From: Antedon mediterranea
Taxonomy: Eukaryota > Animalia > Echinodermata
Direction: 5' to 3'
NCBI RefSeq assembly: GCF_964355755.1
Contig: NC_092670.1
Coordinates: 4,578,201 to 4,642,200, forward strand
Length of the DNA: 64,000 bases
Position 1 is the first letter of the stretch; each line of letters starts with the position of its first letter. The position numbers and the translations under genes were made by a program. This document shows, piece by piece, positions 1 to 12,823 of the stretch. The notes under the pieces are model-generated. The model was given only the letters and a program-made list of their open reading frames with translations. It did no database searches and was not told the origin of the DNA.

Positions 1-149
1 ATGTGACATGATATAACAATGCCAAAACAATGACAACAAAAAACGGGAACAAAAAGATAATGACAGTAAATAGGAAAAAAAAAAAATTTTGTTGATATAA
101 AGTTTGCGGTATACCACATATATTAGTTCTGAAAAGAACCGTCGAGTTC

Positions 150-189
150 CTCGACGTTTCGACCCATATGCTTTGATCGTTCTCAGGAG
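150..189 (-). ncRNA. Degenerate minimal type I hammerhead-like motif (Penelope-type) in CS intron
   Basis: Minus strand reads CTC-CTGAGAA-C-GATC-loop-GGTC-GAAA-CG-TC-GAG. Stem I CTC/GAG, stem II GATC/GGTC, palindromic stem III ACGT; the core has G8>A relative to CUGANGA. Confidence 0.45.
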
Positions 190-277
190 TGAGAAATACA
201 TTTTGTATATATACCGTAGGATACTGTAGTACTTTGGTAGAATAAACAGGCCTAAATTATAAACTATTGCATCTTAC

Positions 278-3200
278 CTGGTCCACTACAATTTCACCTA
301 TCACTTTATTTCCATGGCTCTGTCTAAACTCTTTTACCTCTTGTTGTTGTTTTGGAATGAGATTTGCTAACACCTCTTTCAAATTCTGAAATAACAATAA
401 ATAATATTTAGATTTATTAATTATTATCATTATATAAGTGAGGGATGACATAAGAAACAATTACTTTTATTATTTCAAACAATGTTTTCTGCGCATATTC
501 TAGGTGCCGTTTATTCAAAGTGGGGCATTTATTTGAATAAATATGGTTCAACACTCAACGTACAAACAAACATACAACTTGCACATACAATCTATGATGA
601 GAGGAGGCAGCATATTTGAGTAATTACTCTTACATTTATTTCACTTAAGGTAAGTATCACTTAAGGCAAGCACTTCAGGGTAATTCGGTGTCCCAGCACA
701 AAGGAGCAAGCAAGCAAGTGTCAGGCCCAATGGGTTAACTAAGAGGAAATATAGTACAAATGGTTTGCCACTACTGTATGGAGCTTCCGACTACCTAACT
801 AGGTTAGGTCAATCGATGTGTTGTCGGCCGTCCCCTGGAAAAATAAACCATCAAAACTGCGTCGAGGTAGGGAGCGAGGAATCGCGTCCCAATATCCCCA
901 CATGCGCACAATGAACTAACATGAAATAGTTTGGTTATCGGTCAACGCAAATAACACTAACAGGCTTCCTATTATTATATTGATGAGTCGTAAAGTACAG
1001 TCAAGCATACTATAGCACTGACCAATAGACACTGTGCTCGCATGGCATGAATAATTCATAACTATTCTAATACTAAAATCAATAAACTACTTACTGTTGA
1101 ATCTGAAACATTGCGTACACTTGAAATTGCAGGGAGGAAATTCTACAAAAAAAGATACAATAATAGAATTCAACTGTGAATAAATTGTACAGTATACAGT
1201 AGCATTATACAGCATTCATGCAATTGATGGTACATATAATTTTATTTACAATGATGCCATTTTATACAATATTCGTATTCATGTATTGCATGATTACCAT
1301 AGTGTATGCGGCAAGCCATATGATTCTATAAAAAAGGGAATTATAGACAAGGTAGAAAATGTATTGGTATTTCGGTGTTATACCTATTCTACAACCGAGT
1401 AATGCTACTATATGCAAATATGGGAGTGATGTATTCTTAACTAATACTGTAGTTCGAACATCACTAGACAAATATACTATATCACTTATCAGTAATTGAT
1501 AGTTATATATTTGCTGTTTTTTAGAATAATTACTGTAAATTACAACACTTGAAACCTTTACATATTTGCAGATTTAGCAAACTTCACCACTAGACAATAC
1601 AGTAATCTAGGTACAATAGGATTCTTTACTATAGTCAACCAAAAGGTGTCCAGTATTGGGAGAGTTGACTGTATGTATTAGTAATAACAATAGTACAGGT
1701 ATAAAAACCTTAAGACCAGGAAGAACATTATGAATGACAAAATGTTGATACATAACAATAAACAACCTTAAATTGTTACATAAACAAGTGGATTATCAGT
1801 AAAAACATTAGGCTGGTAAAATATTACATTAAAACCTTCAATTCAATAAATAATTTTATTAAAGATATTAAATTATTTAATTTTTCGCTATAATTAAAAC
1901 AAGATAAATACAATATTTCAACAGTAATATTTTTCAATAAATAATAACAATATACTGTTAATAATATACAAAATAAAAACAGATCAAACAACCGTCACTG
2001 TATAAAATCAAGTATCTATACTATTTATCAAAAATACATAGTTTTCTAATTGTTACTGTGATTACATTACTCTGAACGTCACATAAACACGCCCATTGTA
2101 TAGTAGTCTTAAAAAAAAGTCTGCACAAAAATAAAGAATGAACTTTGAACTTTACAGAAATGTCATTATCTTGACTGGAGTTCATCAGTACAGTAGTGAG
2201 CACTCGTTGGTAGCATCTCCTATCCTCCGCACAGCGGTAATGTTATGTGTAAATTACACAATGAATTAACATAATACGATGCACACTATGAAAGCCTGAC
2301 AATTGCTGCTTCACTCTCACAATCCGTACAGTTCAGGAAATCTTGATATAAATTATTAAAGGGATTTTGAGAGCAAGGTCATGTGATCCATGGGATATTA
2401 TGTCACTGACTTTGACCTTTTAAGAGATCAGATACTATGACATAGGGTCATTGATTTAGTTTTAGCGTCAACAATCTTTGCGATTTGATTGGTTATTTAA
2501 ATATTAATTATAACATGTAGCAAGTGTAGCATGTTACATGTAGTCACGCATGTGATACTGTACTGTATTCCAGAACATCATCAGATCAATTAACAATTTT
2601 AAATGATTTTTTTTAACTAGGGTAAAAGATTTAATGTTCTATTATTAAGGAATTTGCTAATTAATAATAATTACATCATTACTAGACAATTTACGTTGGA
2701 AACCATAAAATACTGTAACTAGAAATGGCGAGATTAAAGAGTTTGAGATTTTAAAGCAATCGCCACTACAGTAAGCTACGCTAACCTAATAATATAATCC
2801 CTTAATTTTTTTTTAATGACATTGAGTGCATCCATGAGTCAAATCTGCAGGAATACTGTACCACTGTAACATCTAGTTACCGTAGGATCTGAATCATAAT
2901 ATCCTTTCCTTTTTATAAATTCCATGAAATCTCTATCTGACAATTTATCAAAAAATGTACAGTTTTCGTCCCAAGAAAGCTAACTTAGAGCATTTTATTC
3001 TGTTAAAGTTGTGATTAAAATAAACTTTTAAAGTTTTGAGGAGGTTTGGACAGAATTTGTTTAGATTTGAAAAAAAAGGGGTGAGGAGGGGAGGTAAAGA
3101 TACATCAATTTGAAAAAACGTTGAAGAAACAAAAGCTTGGACTTAGAGTGACAACATAATTGATAAACATACTGCAGCATACTAAATTTCTAGATTATTT

Positions 3201-5716
3201 AGTAGTAATAGTTATAAAATAAACTGCATGGGTTTCGAAAGGAACAGTAATATAAAGGTGGACTGGTCATCCTGTGTGGACAGTATGGTTCTGGTACCAT
3301 ACAGTACAACATCTTAACCAACAACATACAGTACAATACTGTACCCTCAATAACATGCTAAATTCCTATCAAATATGCACAGAGTCAACACATTTACCAA
3401 TTGAAAATGAATATCATTAACCTATATAAAATGCTTAATTTTTTAATTAAAAAAATGGTACCAGCATAATTGCCATTTTCTATTGTTATCAACATAAATT
3501 GCACGTTGTACTGTACATCAATTAGGTATTTATTAACTCTCATTGACATGGTAATTGAGCCTACAACAACAATAAAAAATTTATAATATGACTTTCCCAA
3601 TACAGTTAAAATTTAGAATGTTTATAAATAAGGCCCTGTTTCTGCTGCCAAGAAAATAGAAAATACTGTATGTGATACGGTATTTTTTGAATACCGTATT
3701 TTTTTGGCAGCAGAAACTGCGCTCATAAAAAAAAACACTGATTTGTATACATATGGTATTTACAAATTTATACCGTATTTTTTGTACCCATTTCTGCTGC
3801 CAATAAACAATACAGTATTTTTTTTGACCTGTGACATGAGGTCAACATTGTGATTTTATTTTCTGTCGCTGTCAGCTGTTTTACACACGTGTATAGATAT
3901 ATTCGGCGAAAATGTGAAGCGAAGACGTCACAGTATTTACTATATAAATCTGTGTGGGGAGGGGAAGCTAAAATGTCCGGCCAACTAAAAGGTAATAAAA
4001 GGGACAACCACATTTATAAAGCCATTTCTAAAAAAATAAAGCAGGAGTACGGAATAGACTTGTCTCCAAAGCAAGTAAATTCAAAGCTGAAGAGCCTGCG
4101 AAAGCAGTAACATTGCAAAAGACAATAACTCAGGGAGGAATTAAATTACTTGTCCCCATTACGATGTTTTCTGTGCTCTCACAACATCGCTATTACTAGG
4201 GCGAGGCTGTTGAAAGTGAGGCGTAAAACTTCTTTTATTGCGACTTTTAATTATCGACCAAATAAATGAATGGCAATTTGGGTAAAAATGATGAAATTTA
4301 AAATGACCACCCAAGAAGTATTGTTAGCAGAAACAGGGTACTAAAAAATACAGTATAAAAATTACCGTATTTTATACAGTATTTTTATACTGTCAGTGTA
4401 TTTTGAGTAGTTGCAGCAGAAGCAGGCCCTACAATGGTAGAAATATTTTTGTTAGGTAAAAGATGAAATGTTTTATTTTGATTAGGAATAAAAACATGAA
4501 TTGATTATTTGCAGGGAAACACACTCTTGATTATGCATGTGATTAGTGAAGTATGTATTATTAAATATCATGCCACTCACAATCCTAAAAATGACAAGGA
4601 TCTACCATGACAAGGATCTACCATGACAAGGATCTACCATGACAAGGATCTACCATGACAAGGATCTACCAAGTGTATGTAAGTAGCCTACTGTAGTACT
4701 ACCGGTAGCTAGAACAGTACAACATGAAATACCGGCACATTTATATTGACTATTTTGCCTAACCATACCGTTACGAATGAGTGAAAAGTTAAGGTGCTGT
4801 GCATAAAATGACTTGCGCTGGTACTGTTGCAACTAATAATTAGTGAAAAATGAATTGTTTCACATGGTTCCTCGTATCGTATGGTTACAATTACATGGCA
4901 AAATATTGCATTTCACAGCATTTTCCCGATACAGGATAAATAATTGTATTTAAATAAATACAATTTTGATTAATAATTGGTATTACTATTATTGTACAGG
5001 CTCCAACAAGTTGTATTTGACAGATATGACCATTTAGATTAAGGAGTGAATATGTAAGTTGACAGGCCAGTGAGTGTATATAATGACCATAATATCTATA
5101 TAGCCTAGGAGCGCTCGTCCGTCGAGCTATTTCACCGTGCTGGGCCAGTGAAAATACACAGGCTTAGGCCTAGCCGACCGAACGAAGGCTGGCATCCTTC
5201 CTAGTGATAAGACCCAGGCTATAACCTGTATTATTAAAACCTGTATTAAAATAACCAATAAAACAATAAATACAATTTACAATACTAATACAAATCACTA
5301 ATTTAATTAAGTTTGTTGCAAATATAATTTGACTAAAATTAACTTTTCTACAAAAGCCAATACAGTGGCCTGTAGCAGGACTAAACTATTATATATGGTT
5401 ACCAGAGCCTAGAAGATATGCATGGATGGGAGACTTCGACCCAAAGGTAGGCTAGGCCCCACCTAGTGGACAGCCTGAGTCCAGCAGAGCCTTGTATCCT
5501 AGACTAAATATAGGTCGGAGCACCCCGGAGCACTACCTTTCTACCATTCAGCGGGGTGCGGTGGCCTGGTAGGCTGATCCGCCGGCTGGCTAGGCGATCT
5601 GAAATGCATGATATTTAATTCAATTATTTAAACCAACCGTAACAAAATGAGTAAGTTTCACATACCGTTGTGTTTACACGCAAAACGCTTTTTGAGAAAA
5701 TTCTAATAAACGACAT
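278..5716 (-). CDS. CS: Citrate synthase, mitochondrial; 5' partial gene (coding exons 1-3), continues beyond the left edge of the window
   Basis: Three phase-0 GT-AG exons: 5666-5716 (MSFIRIFSKSVLRVNTT, presequence-like), 1095-1142 (NFLPAISSVRNVSDST) and 278-385 (NLKEVLANLIPKQQQEVKEFRQSHGNKVIGEIVVDQ). The last matches the mature N-terminus of animal CS, and the short-short-108 nt exon layout is as recalled for vertebrate CS. Confidence 0.88.
3632..4429 (+). mobile_element. Non-autonomous PIF/Harbinger-like element with a Myb/SANT (trihelix) gene remnant
   Basis: Imperfect TIRs GGCCCTGTTTCTGCTGC / rc GGGCCTGCTTCTGCTGC, left flank TAA, and internal copies of the CAGCAGAAAC motif. ORF 3850-4110 ends GNKRDNHIYKAISKKIKQEYGIDLSPKQVNSKLKSLRKQ*, with CPHYDVF further downstream, typical of Harbinger Myb-like proteins. 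Confidence 0.65.
4591..4670. repeat. 16-bp tandem repeat (ATGACAAGGATCTACC x5)
   Basis: Directly visible perfect units. Confidence 0.9.
5095..5204 (+). mobile_element. Possible mini-Helitron
   Basis: A|TC...CTAG|T boundaries with a GAAGG/CCTTC hairpin just before CTAG; short motifs only. Confidence 0.3.
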
Positions 5717-5869
5717 GTTTAAAAATGTTACTGCTTAAAAAATAACTTTTAATTAGACGCAGATACTAGGCCTAGAGAGATCTGGTGAAAAAACCACACA
5801 CACTATAAAAAAGGAAAGTCATTAGAGGGCGCTACAAATGTTTAATTCAATTATTTAGAGAGGCGGTAA

Positions 5870-7478
5870 GCGATTTTTTTTTCCGTACGAGAGTTCCTCC
5901 ATCGGTTCGTTTCGGACTCAATCGACTCTCTTCGGTATTCGGTAAAGTCAGCTCACTGATGCGTGACAACATAATACAATTTACATTTACAAACCGCGTC
6001 CGCGAGCTAATACTTTCACAGGCTCTCATAATAGTAAAATGAATCTACACTAATACGAGTTTTGATGACATTAATTAATAAATACTAGGCCTACTTAGTA
6101 ATTACATTAAGAACCCAATAGCATATTGAAGATATTTAGGTCTACGACCCAATAATAGGTCGTATCAGATATTATTTGTTGAAGTTGAACGACCTTTTGT
6201 CACGAACGAGAGGCTCTTTTCTTATCGTTTATGGTATTGTAGCTAGCCCATGGCTAGCCTATAGCCAAGCTTGTGTAAGCCTATGCAAGGTATTACTTTT
6301 GAATTTAAAATGATTATGTACAGTAGGAATTCCTATGCACAGTGTATGTTTTTTATACCTTTTAAAATAATATTATTAAATTAATATTTATATTGTAAGG
6401 TAATGGAAATTTTACGTTAAAGGTGTACGTATTAATTATCCCCAATCTTGAAAAATAAAGATTTCAGACTTTTAATATAGGCAATTTTGGAGTTTTAATT
6501 AAGTTATAGGCCTACAACTAATATTATTGTTTATTATGTGTATATGTAATTTGGAAAATCATAAAAAATACATGCAAAGTAAAAAACATTCAATTACGGT
6601 ACTGACACGACTGCAATAGTACAAATACATTTAATAATAACACATTTTCCAGGAAGCTTATAATTATATGTGATACTATCATCTTGTCATGAAGATCGGT
6701 TTTCTGTATTCCATATTCTTGATTTTATTTTTTTTATTATGGTTTCTGAAATAAATTTAAAAAAAAATTGTTCATTTTAATTCAAAATTTCCACTGGCCA
6801 AGATATCAATAATGATTAAATTAACACAATATTAAACGCTTTATAAGCAAGCATGTTTCTATACATACAACTTACATGTTACTAGGCCTATATGTATACA
6901 ATTTTTCAAATGTTACACTTAAAACCCTGAAGAAAATTGTAATTTTCTTGATAAAAACATCTGTTAGTGTTACTTCTGTAAATATAATTTCTAACCTACT
7001 ACTTGATCATTTTATTAAAATAAAAAATAGTACTGTAGATGGAAATGTACTACATTGAAGCACACGTACCATGGAGTAACTCCATGCACGTACGTAACGT
7101 AGGGCTAGGCTAGATAGGCCTTGCTTGTGACGACCAACAAACAAAGTGCTGCTGCTGTGTGTTACTGTTTGTGAATCTGATGGTACATACATTGGTTTGT
7201 GGCTGCCTATACAGTATTATATTATTAAAATTCTAGGCCTATTATTATTATCACAATGACGTTCAGTACTATACTACTATTAATATTTATTATTATATTT
7301 ACAGTGAGTATAGTATTAGGCCTCTAGTATGTATAAATCTGTCACTCGTGCAAAAAAGCTGCTCACGTTTTGTCTTGTGGTTGCTGTCACGCATCAGTGA
7401 GCATCGGTGGCTTACCGAAGAGTCGATTGAGTCCGAAACGAACCGATGGAGGAACTCTCGTACGGAAAAAAAAATCGC
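5870..7478. mobile_element. Non-autonomous Mutator (MULE)-like DNA transposon
   Basis: ~100-bp TIRs starting GCGATTTTTTTTTCCGTACGAGAGTTCCTCCATCGGTTCG (5870-5969 vs 7381-7478), flanked by a perfect 9-bp TSD AGGCGGTAA (5861-5869, 7479-7487); no transposase ORF. Confidence 0.85.
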
Positions 7479-7671
7479 AGGCGGTAATGGAGGAGGTGGA
7501 TGACGATCTGGAGCATTCTCTACTTCTCTACGGAGCGCAATTTATGCCTTTATTAACTTCAATAATAGAAATAGTACTAGGGTAACTGCTCAAGTGGACC
7601 CAATTTAGCACCAGGGTAGCACAGTGATATAAAATAGAAATAAAAGTCTACTTTTAATATCGTTTCGTATA

Positions 7672-8436
7672 TACCCACCATATCACAAACTGACAAACAG
7701 AAACATCTTGGCATTCACATTGATTCTAATTTATTTTTTTCTTTTCATGTAAATAAACTCCGTTCCAAACTGGGCTTGTCCATCTCCATCTTATCGCGTG
7801 CTCGGTCATCATTTCATTACTAAACACACATCCATACTCCTCTATAACACTAATCCTCCCACGCATTGACTATTGATGTAGTGTTTGGGGAATCAGATCG
7901 AATATTGACCGAATACAGACCATTCAAAATAGAGCACTTCGCATTATCATTAAAGCTCATCCTCTCACACCACGAACTAACATTTACAACACCTTAAACC
8001 TTCATACAGTCCAAGATCACATGCATCTACAACTGGGCTGCCTTGCCTACAGGTCTTCAAATGGTCTTGCTCCGGAATACTTTGCCCTGCGTCTTGCCAG
8101 AATCCAAATCATCGATGTACCCGAAGTGTCAGTGAGAGGAAAACTAAAACTTTTAAGAACAGCTTCATCTATAGAGCACCAACATACCTCCAAACTAAGA
8201 AATGCGGTAACAATAAATAATTTTGAGTCTGCTCTAAAAAAATATTTAATCCCAAAAGAAAAAAAATCAACGTTTTGTATAGTATTGTAGGCTATATTTT
8301 TGTATTTAAGTACATATATATTATATATTTTTATATTTTTTTAACATAGTTCATCCGTTTTTTCATATATATTTTTGATTGTCTGCATACTATGCTGTTT
8401 AGGGTCACCCTCACAAAATAAGGTTTAATAAAAAAA
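7672..8436 (+). mobile_element. Degenerate L2/CR1-group LINE 3' fragment (RT C-terminus)
   Basis: Interrupted translation TLILPRIDY*CSVWG..IDRIQTIQNRALRII..HMHLQLGCLAYRSSNGLAPEYF; A-rich tail near 8425-8440. Confidence 0.7.
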
Positions 8437-9881
8437 TAAAATAGAAATAAAGTCACTAAATTTTAATATCTTTTCGTATATTAATACAATGTGCTCAAGT
8501 GGACCCAATTTGGCCCCAGTGGATCACAGTGATATAAAATAGAAATAAAGTCACTAAATTGTAATACCTTTTCGTATAAAACATTGTGCTTAAGGGGACA
8601 CAATTTGTAACAGGGGAGCAGTGATATAAAATAGAAATAAAGTCAATCAAGCTTCAATCTTTTCTTATGTTAATACACTGTGCTCAAGTGGACCCACTCA
8701 GAAACAAAGTTGCATGGAATTATTTATTATTACACCATAAAACCCCCAAAAGAGCCCATGTGTTCCACATTTTTTAGTACTCTTGGGTACGGTGGGCTTC
8801 TTTTCAACGGGTAAGCTTCTTTTCCGCATGGGGTTCTTTTCAAGATTACTTTTGCAAACTAAAGGAGGGGAGCTTCTAGGTTCCCGCCCGGAAAATTGTA
8901 TCTTTTGTTGTAACTTTTAAATTTAATTTTGTGGCGTGTTTACCGCGAATGACTAACAATGCCATCTTCCCCATTACACCTGCACACACTCATTTGCATA
9001 ACAACGCACGTCATATCAAACTGTTTAAAATAACTACAAGGTCCCCAGAAATGAAACCTATAGTATTTTGAAACATGACCTATAAGAGTCTTCACTACCC
9101 TACCGTGATTTGGGCTGAGCAAAGACAATTATGAAAAAATATTTATTGAAATATGAAATTAAATATTAAGTCTCCAGTTAAGCTCACCATGGTTGGGGCA
9201 GAGCTAAGAATGAAAGTTTATTCCCCGGAAATTATGAAACGAAATATAAAAGTCTTCAGGACCAGCAATGGTGATTGTTTCCCAAGTGTGAGACATGAAA
9301 TGCACGCGGCCGTGATTCAACAAAACAAAATTATGAAATACAAACAGAGCTAGCACACAAAAGCCTACTTACTAATTTTAATATTTCTATAATTTAGAAA
9401 ACAATTAGAATTATCATATCACCTTTGATAATTATAATGTTAAATTTCAACTATCCAGATGCGAATTTTAGGTTGGGTTTAAAAAAACTCGACTTAATAA
9501 TTATGCTTCAATTTCCAAGATCTGCTTAAAACATATTTATTTATTTATTTTACCATAAACTTTTATTCACAACAAATTAGTAGGCCTACAATGCAATATC
9601 TCGCATGAAACGGATATTTAAAAGTACACTATAATGTGTAACGGTAGAATTACAATTCTAATGTAAAAGATTAACAAAATTAAAATTGAACAGTGTTGTG
9701 TGTTGATCGCGAATGACTAACAATACCATCTTTCCCACAGCACATGTGCACACTCATTTGCATAACAAACGCACGGCATACCAAACTACGATGAGATAAA
9801 ATTAATTCTCTTCTTTTACATTAAAATAAATTGAGGGCGCTAAACATAAAATTTAAACCACCAAAGCAGTTTGCGAGAGCC

Positions 9882-10143
9882 AAAAAAAAAAAGATGGTAA
9901 ATGTGCTCTCCCTGCCTCAGCACTAAGGCCCTGCCACAGCCTTTTGGGGTCGTTTCCACCACATCACCAGGTGCATTGATGTTGTCGCCTCATGATGTGT
10001 GGTGGAAAGGGGGACGTATGATCTGTGAACCCCAAACACAGTGGCTCGCATAGCCTTAACTCTATTCCACCGACCAGCGTGGGAATCGAACCCACGACAT
10101 ACGTGTTGTTAACACGACGCTCAGACGACTGAGCTAACTGATC
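9882..10143 (-). ncRNA. tRNA-headed Pol III-type unit (SINE-like) with long structured tail and oligo-T terminator
   Basis: 10143->10071 folds as a 73-nt cloverleaf: acceptor GATCAGT/GCTGGTC, D arm GCTC/GAGC, anticodon loop TT-AAC-AA, T arm GTGGG-TTCGATT-CCCAC; the body resembles tRNA-Ile and the D-loop GG is missing. It is followed by ~180 nt without a T4 run, then T11. Confidence 0.65.
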
Positions 10144-10238
10144 ATTTTGGTTTTAGCAAGGTTAATAGGATATTTATGACGTAATGATGAATTACGTAAT
10201 ACACGTATAAATAGACTATTATCAGCTTTTCAGTCATG

Positions 10239-10320
10239 TACTTGGTGGCGTAACGGGTAATGCTCAGTTTTGAGTGCTATCGGCTGGGGTTCGAACCTCG
10301 TCGGATATTTTTTTTTTTTT
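10239..10320 (+). pseudogene. Degenerate tRNA-like unit (A box, B box, T13)
   Basis: TGGCGTAACGGG A box, GGTTCGAACC B box, D stem GCGT/ATGC and a T13 run; poor anticodon and T stems. Confidence 0.5.
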
Positions 10321-11810
10321 AATATTGGTTTTTTTTTTAATAGAGAGATGTGATATTATCAACCTGCAGGTTGTAGGTGGCCTAGGCTATAGTAAATTTG
10401 GTATTGGATATCCCAGATGATGTACGCTCGAGATTTTTTGTATAACTTAATATTAGCTTAAATAGCGCCCTCTATATAATTTTTTATTATTATAGGACGC
10501 CCTCTATTGTTTACCCGAAATGTTGTTTTTTTCAACTTGGGACCTCTGTAAAATCACTGTGCTCCACTGGTGCTAAATTTGGTCCACTGAACCAGTTACC
10601 GTAGTACTATTTCTATTTCGGAAGTAAATAAAGGCATAAATGGCGCTCCGTAGAAGTAGAGAATGCTCGATCGTCGAAATGACGCTCTGAATATACCTCC
10701 GGTATGATATGACGAAAATCGTCGGGGTTAATCACCTGCATTTTATGCAAATTATGTGGTAGAAACAAGAGAACAACCGTTGAACACTGTACATTTAAAT
10801 GTATTATAATGCATGACAGTTTCTAACATACATAACCTACATTTGTATACATCTTGTATTTTTTTAAACATCGCGTTTTATTTGTTGTGTAGGCCTATTC
10901 GGTAGTTGGAAAATTCATAGTTTGGAACTAAAAAAACATAAATGTTTTAGCTTGTTAAAATAAGAAAACGCGATACTTAGGAAAAAACAAGAACACATCA
11001 TATTGCATTTTGCGATGAAGAGAGAAAGTTATATCATAATGAGTTTATAATGTAGCCTAATAAATGTGGTGATATTGGATAGGTAGGCCAATGTTTATAG
11101 GTTTGTATGGGTGTTAGAAGACCATGTCATGATGATGCCTGGCAGAGGTTATTAATCAGTTTAAATGATGAAGTGTCAACTCAAGAATGTAAACATTATA
11201 ATACAACCTAACAATCACTCTTTGAGAAAAAACCCTATTCTGATTCTGAGCTATTACGTTCCCCAAACCATGTTAAAATTTGATACAAATAATAATAAAG
11301 TGTAATCAAAGTACTGTATATAAGCTATTCAGTTTAATTTTGCACAGGCTTCAGTGTAGGTTTCAGTTCCAACTAACTTAACAGAAACACTTTCTTTATT
11401 AATATTTTTAGTAAAATTATCTTGGATATTATTAGGCCTATGTGTTTAAACTTTGAAAAATTAGGTAACGATAGTTTTTTTTTCTGAGTGAAAGTACATC
11501 AAAATGTAAATATTCAGATCCAAAAAATTATAGAGGCATATCTTTAAACCCTACCTTAGGAAAGGTATTCATTTATTATTAATAAACTGTTAAAATAATG
11601 CGAAGACGATTATAATAATTATACACCAAGAACAAGCTAGATTTAGAAAAAGTATGGATGGAACCAAGGATAAGCACAGTCACATCTAAATATTTTTGGT
11701 ATATTTTGTTTACCTTTATTGATTTAAAATGTGCATTGAATATTCGATTCCAAATTAATACCAAACTTACAATATGGATCACAGATCTGAGGTTTTAAAG
11801 ACATCTCGAA

Positions 11811-12823
11811 TATTGAACAGATTCATAATCAGTTGTGTAGATGTTCTAGGAATTGCGTTCGATCCAACAACTTAACTCTTTGCGAGATGAGACGGTTTCT
11901 TTATCTCATTTTATTTCTTTAACAACAATTACTTAATATTATTTGATATTGGTTATTATATTATTTTAGACCGAAAGTACAATAGTAGATCATTTCAAAG
12001 TCCTTTTCAAATAGTAAGAGATTAGATTAGAGATTTTAATTAAAACTCTAGTTAAAACAGGAAGAACAGAAATTGGTCGATAAATTAAGTTAATTATGTT
12101 TCACCTTTTTCTTTGAGGATTGAATGAGTGTTTTTGTGCGACTCTACTTTATCTTTTTCAATTGTAATAAAAACTGTACAATTTAATTTACATTCTAGTT
12201 TGTGGTTTATTTCACAATTGTATTGCACAACAACTAGCAAAAGTGAAGGCAAAAGTTGAAAGTTGAAATACAAAGCAGATAAAAAATACAATCAATAGAC
12301 CTTTGTACTTCCTAAAGTATTGAACAGATTCATAATCAGTTGTGTAGATGTTCTAGGAATTGCGTTCGATCCAACAACTTAACTCTTTGCGAGATGAGAC
12401 GGTTTCTTTATCTCATTTTATTTCTTTAACAACAATTACTTAATATTATTTGATATTGGTTATTATATTATTTTAGACCGAAAGTACAATAGTAGATCAT
12501 TTCAAAGTCCTTTTCAAATAGTAAGAGATTAGATTAGAGATTTTAATTAAAACTCTAGTTAAAACAGGAAGAACAGAAATTGGTCGATAAATTAAGTTAA
12601 TTATGTTTCACCTTTTTCTTTGAGGATTGAATGAGTGTTTTTGTGCGACTCTACTTTATCTTTTTCAATTGTAATAAAAACTGTACAATTTAATTTACAT
12701 TCTAGTTTGTGGTTTATTTCACAATTGTATTGCACAACAACTAGCAAAAGTGAAGGCAAAAGTTGAAAGTTGAAATACAAAGCAGATAAAAAATACAATC
12801 AATAGACCTTTGTACTTCCTAAA
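11811..12823. repeat. Tandem duplication with 507-bp period (11811-12316 / 12318-12823)
   Basis: The two copies look identical by eye; identical spurious ORFs at 12094 and 12601 are offset by 507. Confidence 0.92.

Larger units (their letters stand above)
7502..10675. mobile_element. ~3.2-kb element with ~130-bp imperfect terminal inverted repeats and nested insertions
   Basis: 7502-7630 (GACGATC..GAGCATTCTCTACTTC..ACGGAGCGC..GCACAGTGAT) is the reverse complement of 10553-10675. The subterminal unit TGCTCAAGTGGACCCAATTT..AAATAGAAATAAAGTC repeats at 7586-7670 and 8440-8700. No clean TSD found. Confidence 0.6.

Noticed and set aside
5818-5834. CTCF-like TAGAGGGCGCTA motif (also inverted at 10463-10474)
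   Set aside because: It lacks the CCAC 5' half, and a short motif match cannot be supported without data.
5847-6029. Shared peptide SRLSPKRTDGGTLVRKKKS in ORFs 5847-6029 and 7370-7585
   Set aside because: Explained entirely by the two TIRs of the MULE-like element.
10071-10143. Functional tRNA-Val(AAC) gene
   Set aside because: The body is tRNA-Ile-like, the D-loop GG is missing, the anticodon stem has a mismatch, and there is no terminator until ~180 nt downstream; treated as a tRNA-derived head.
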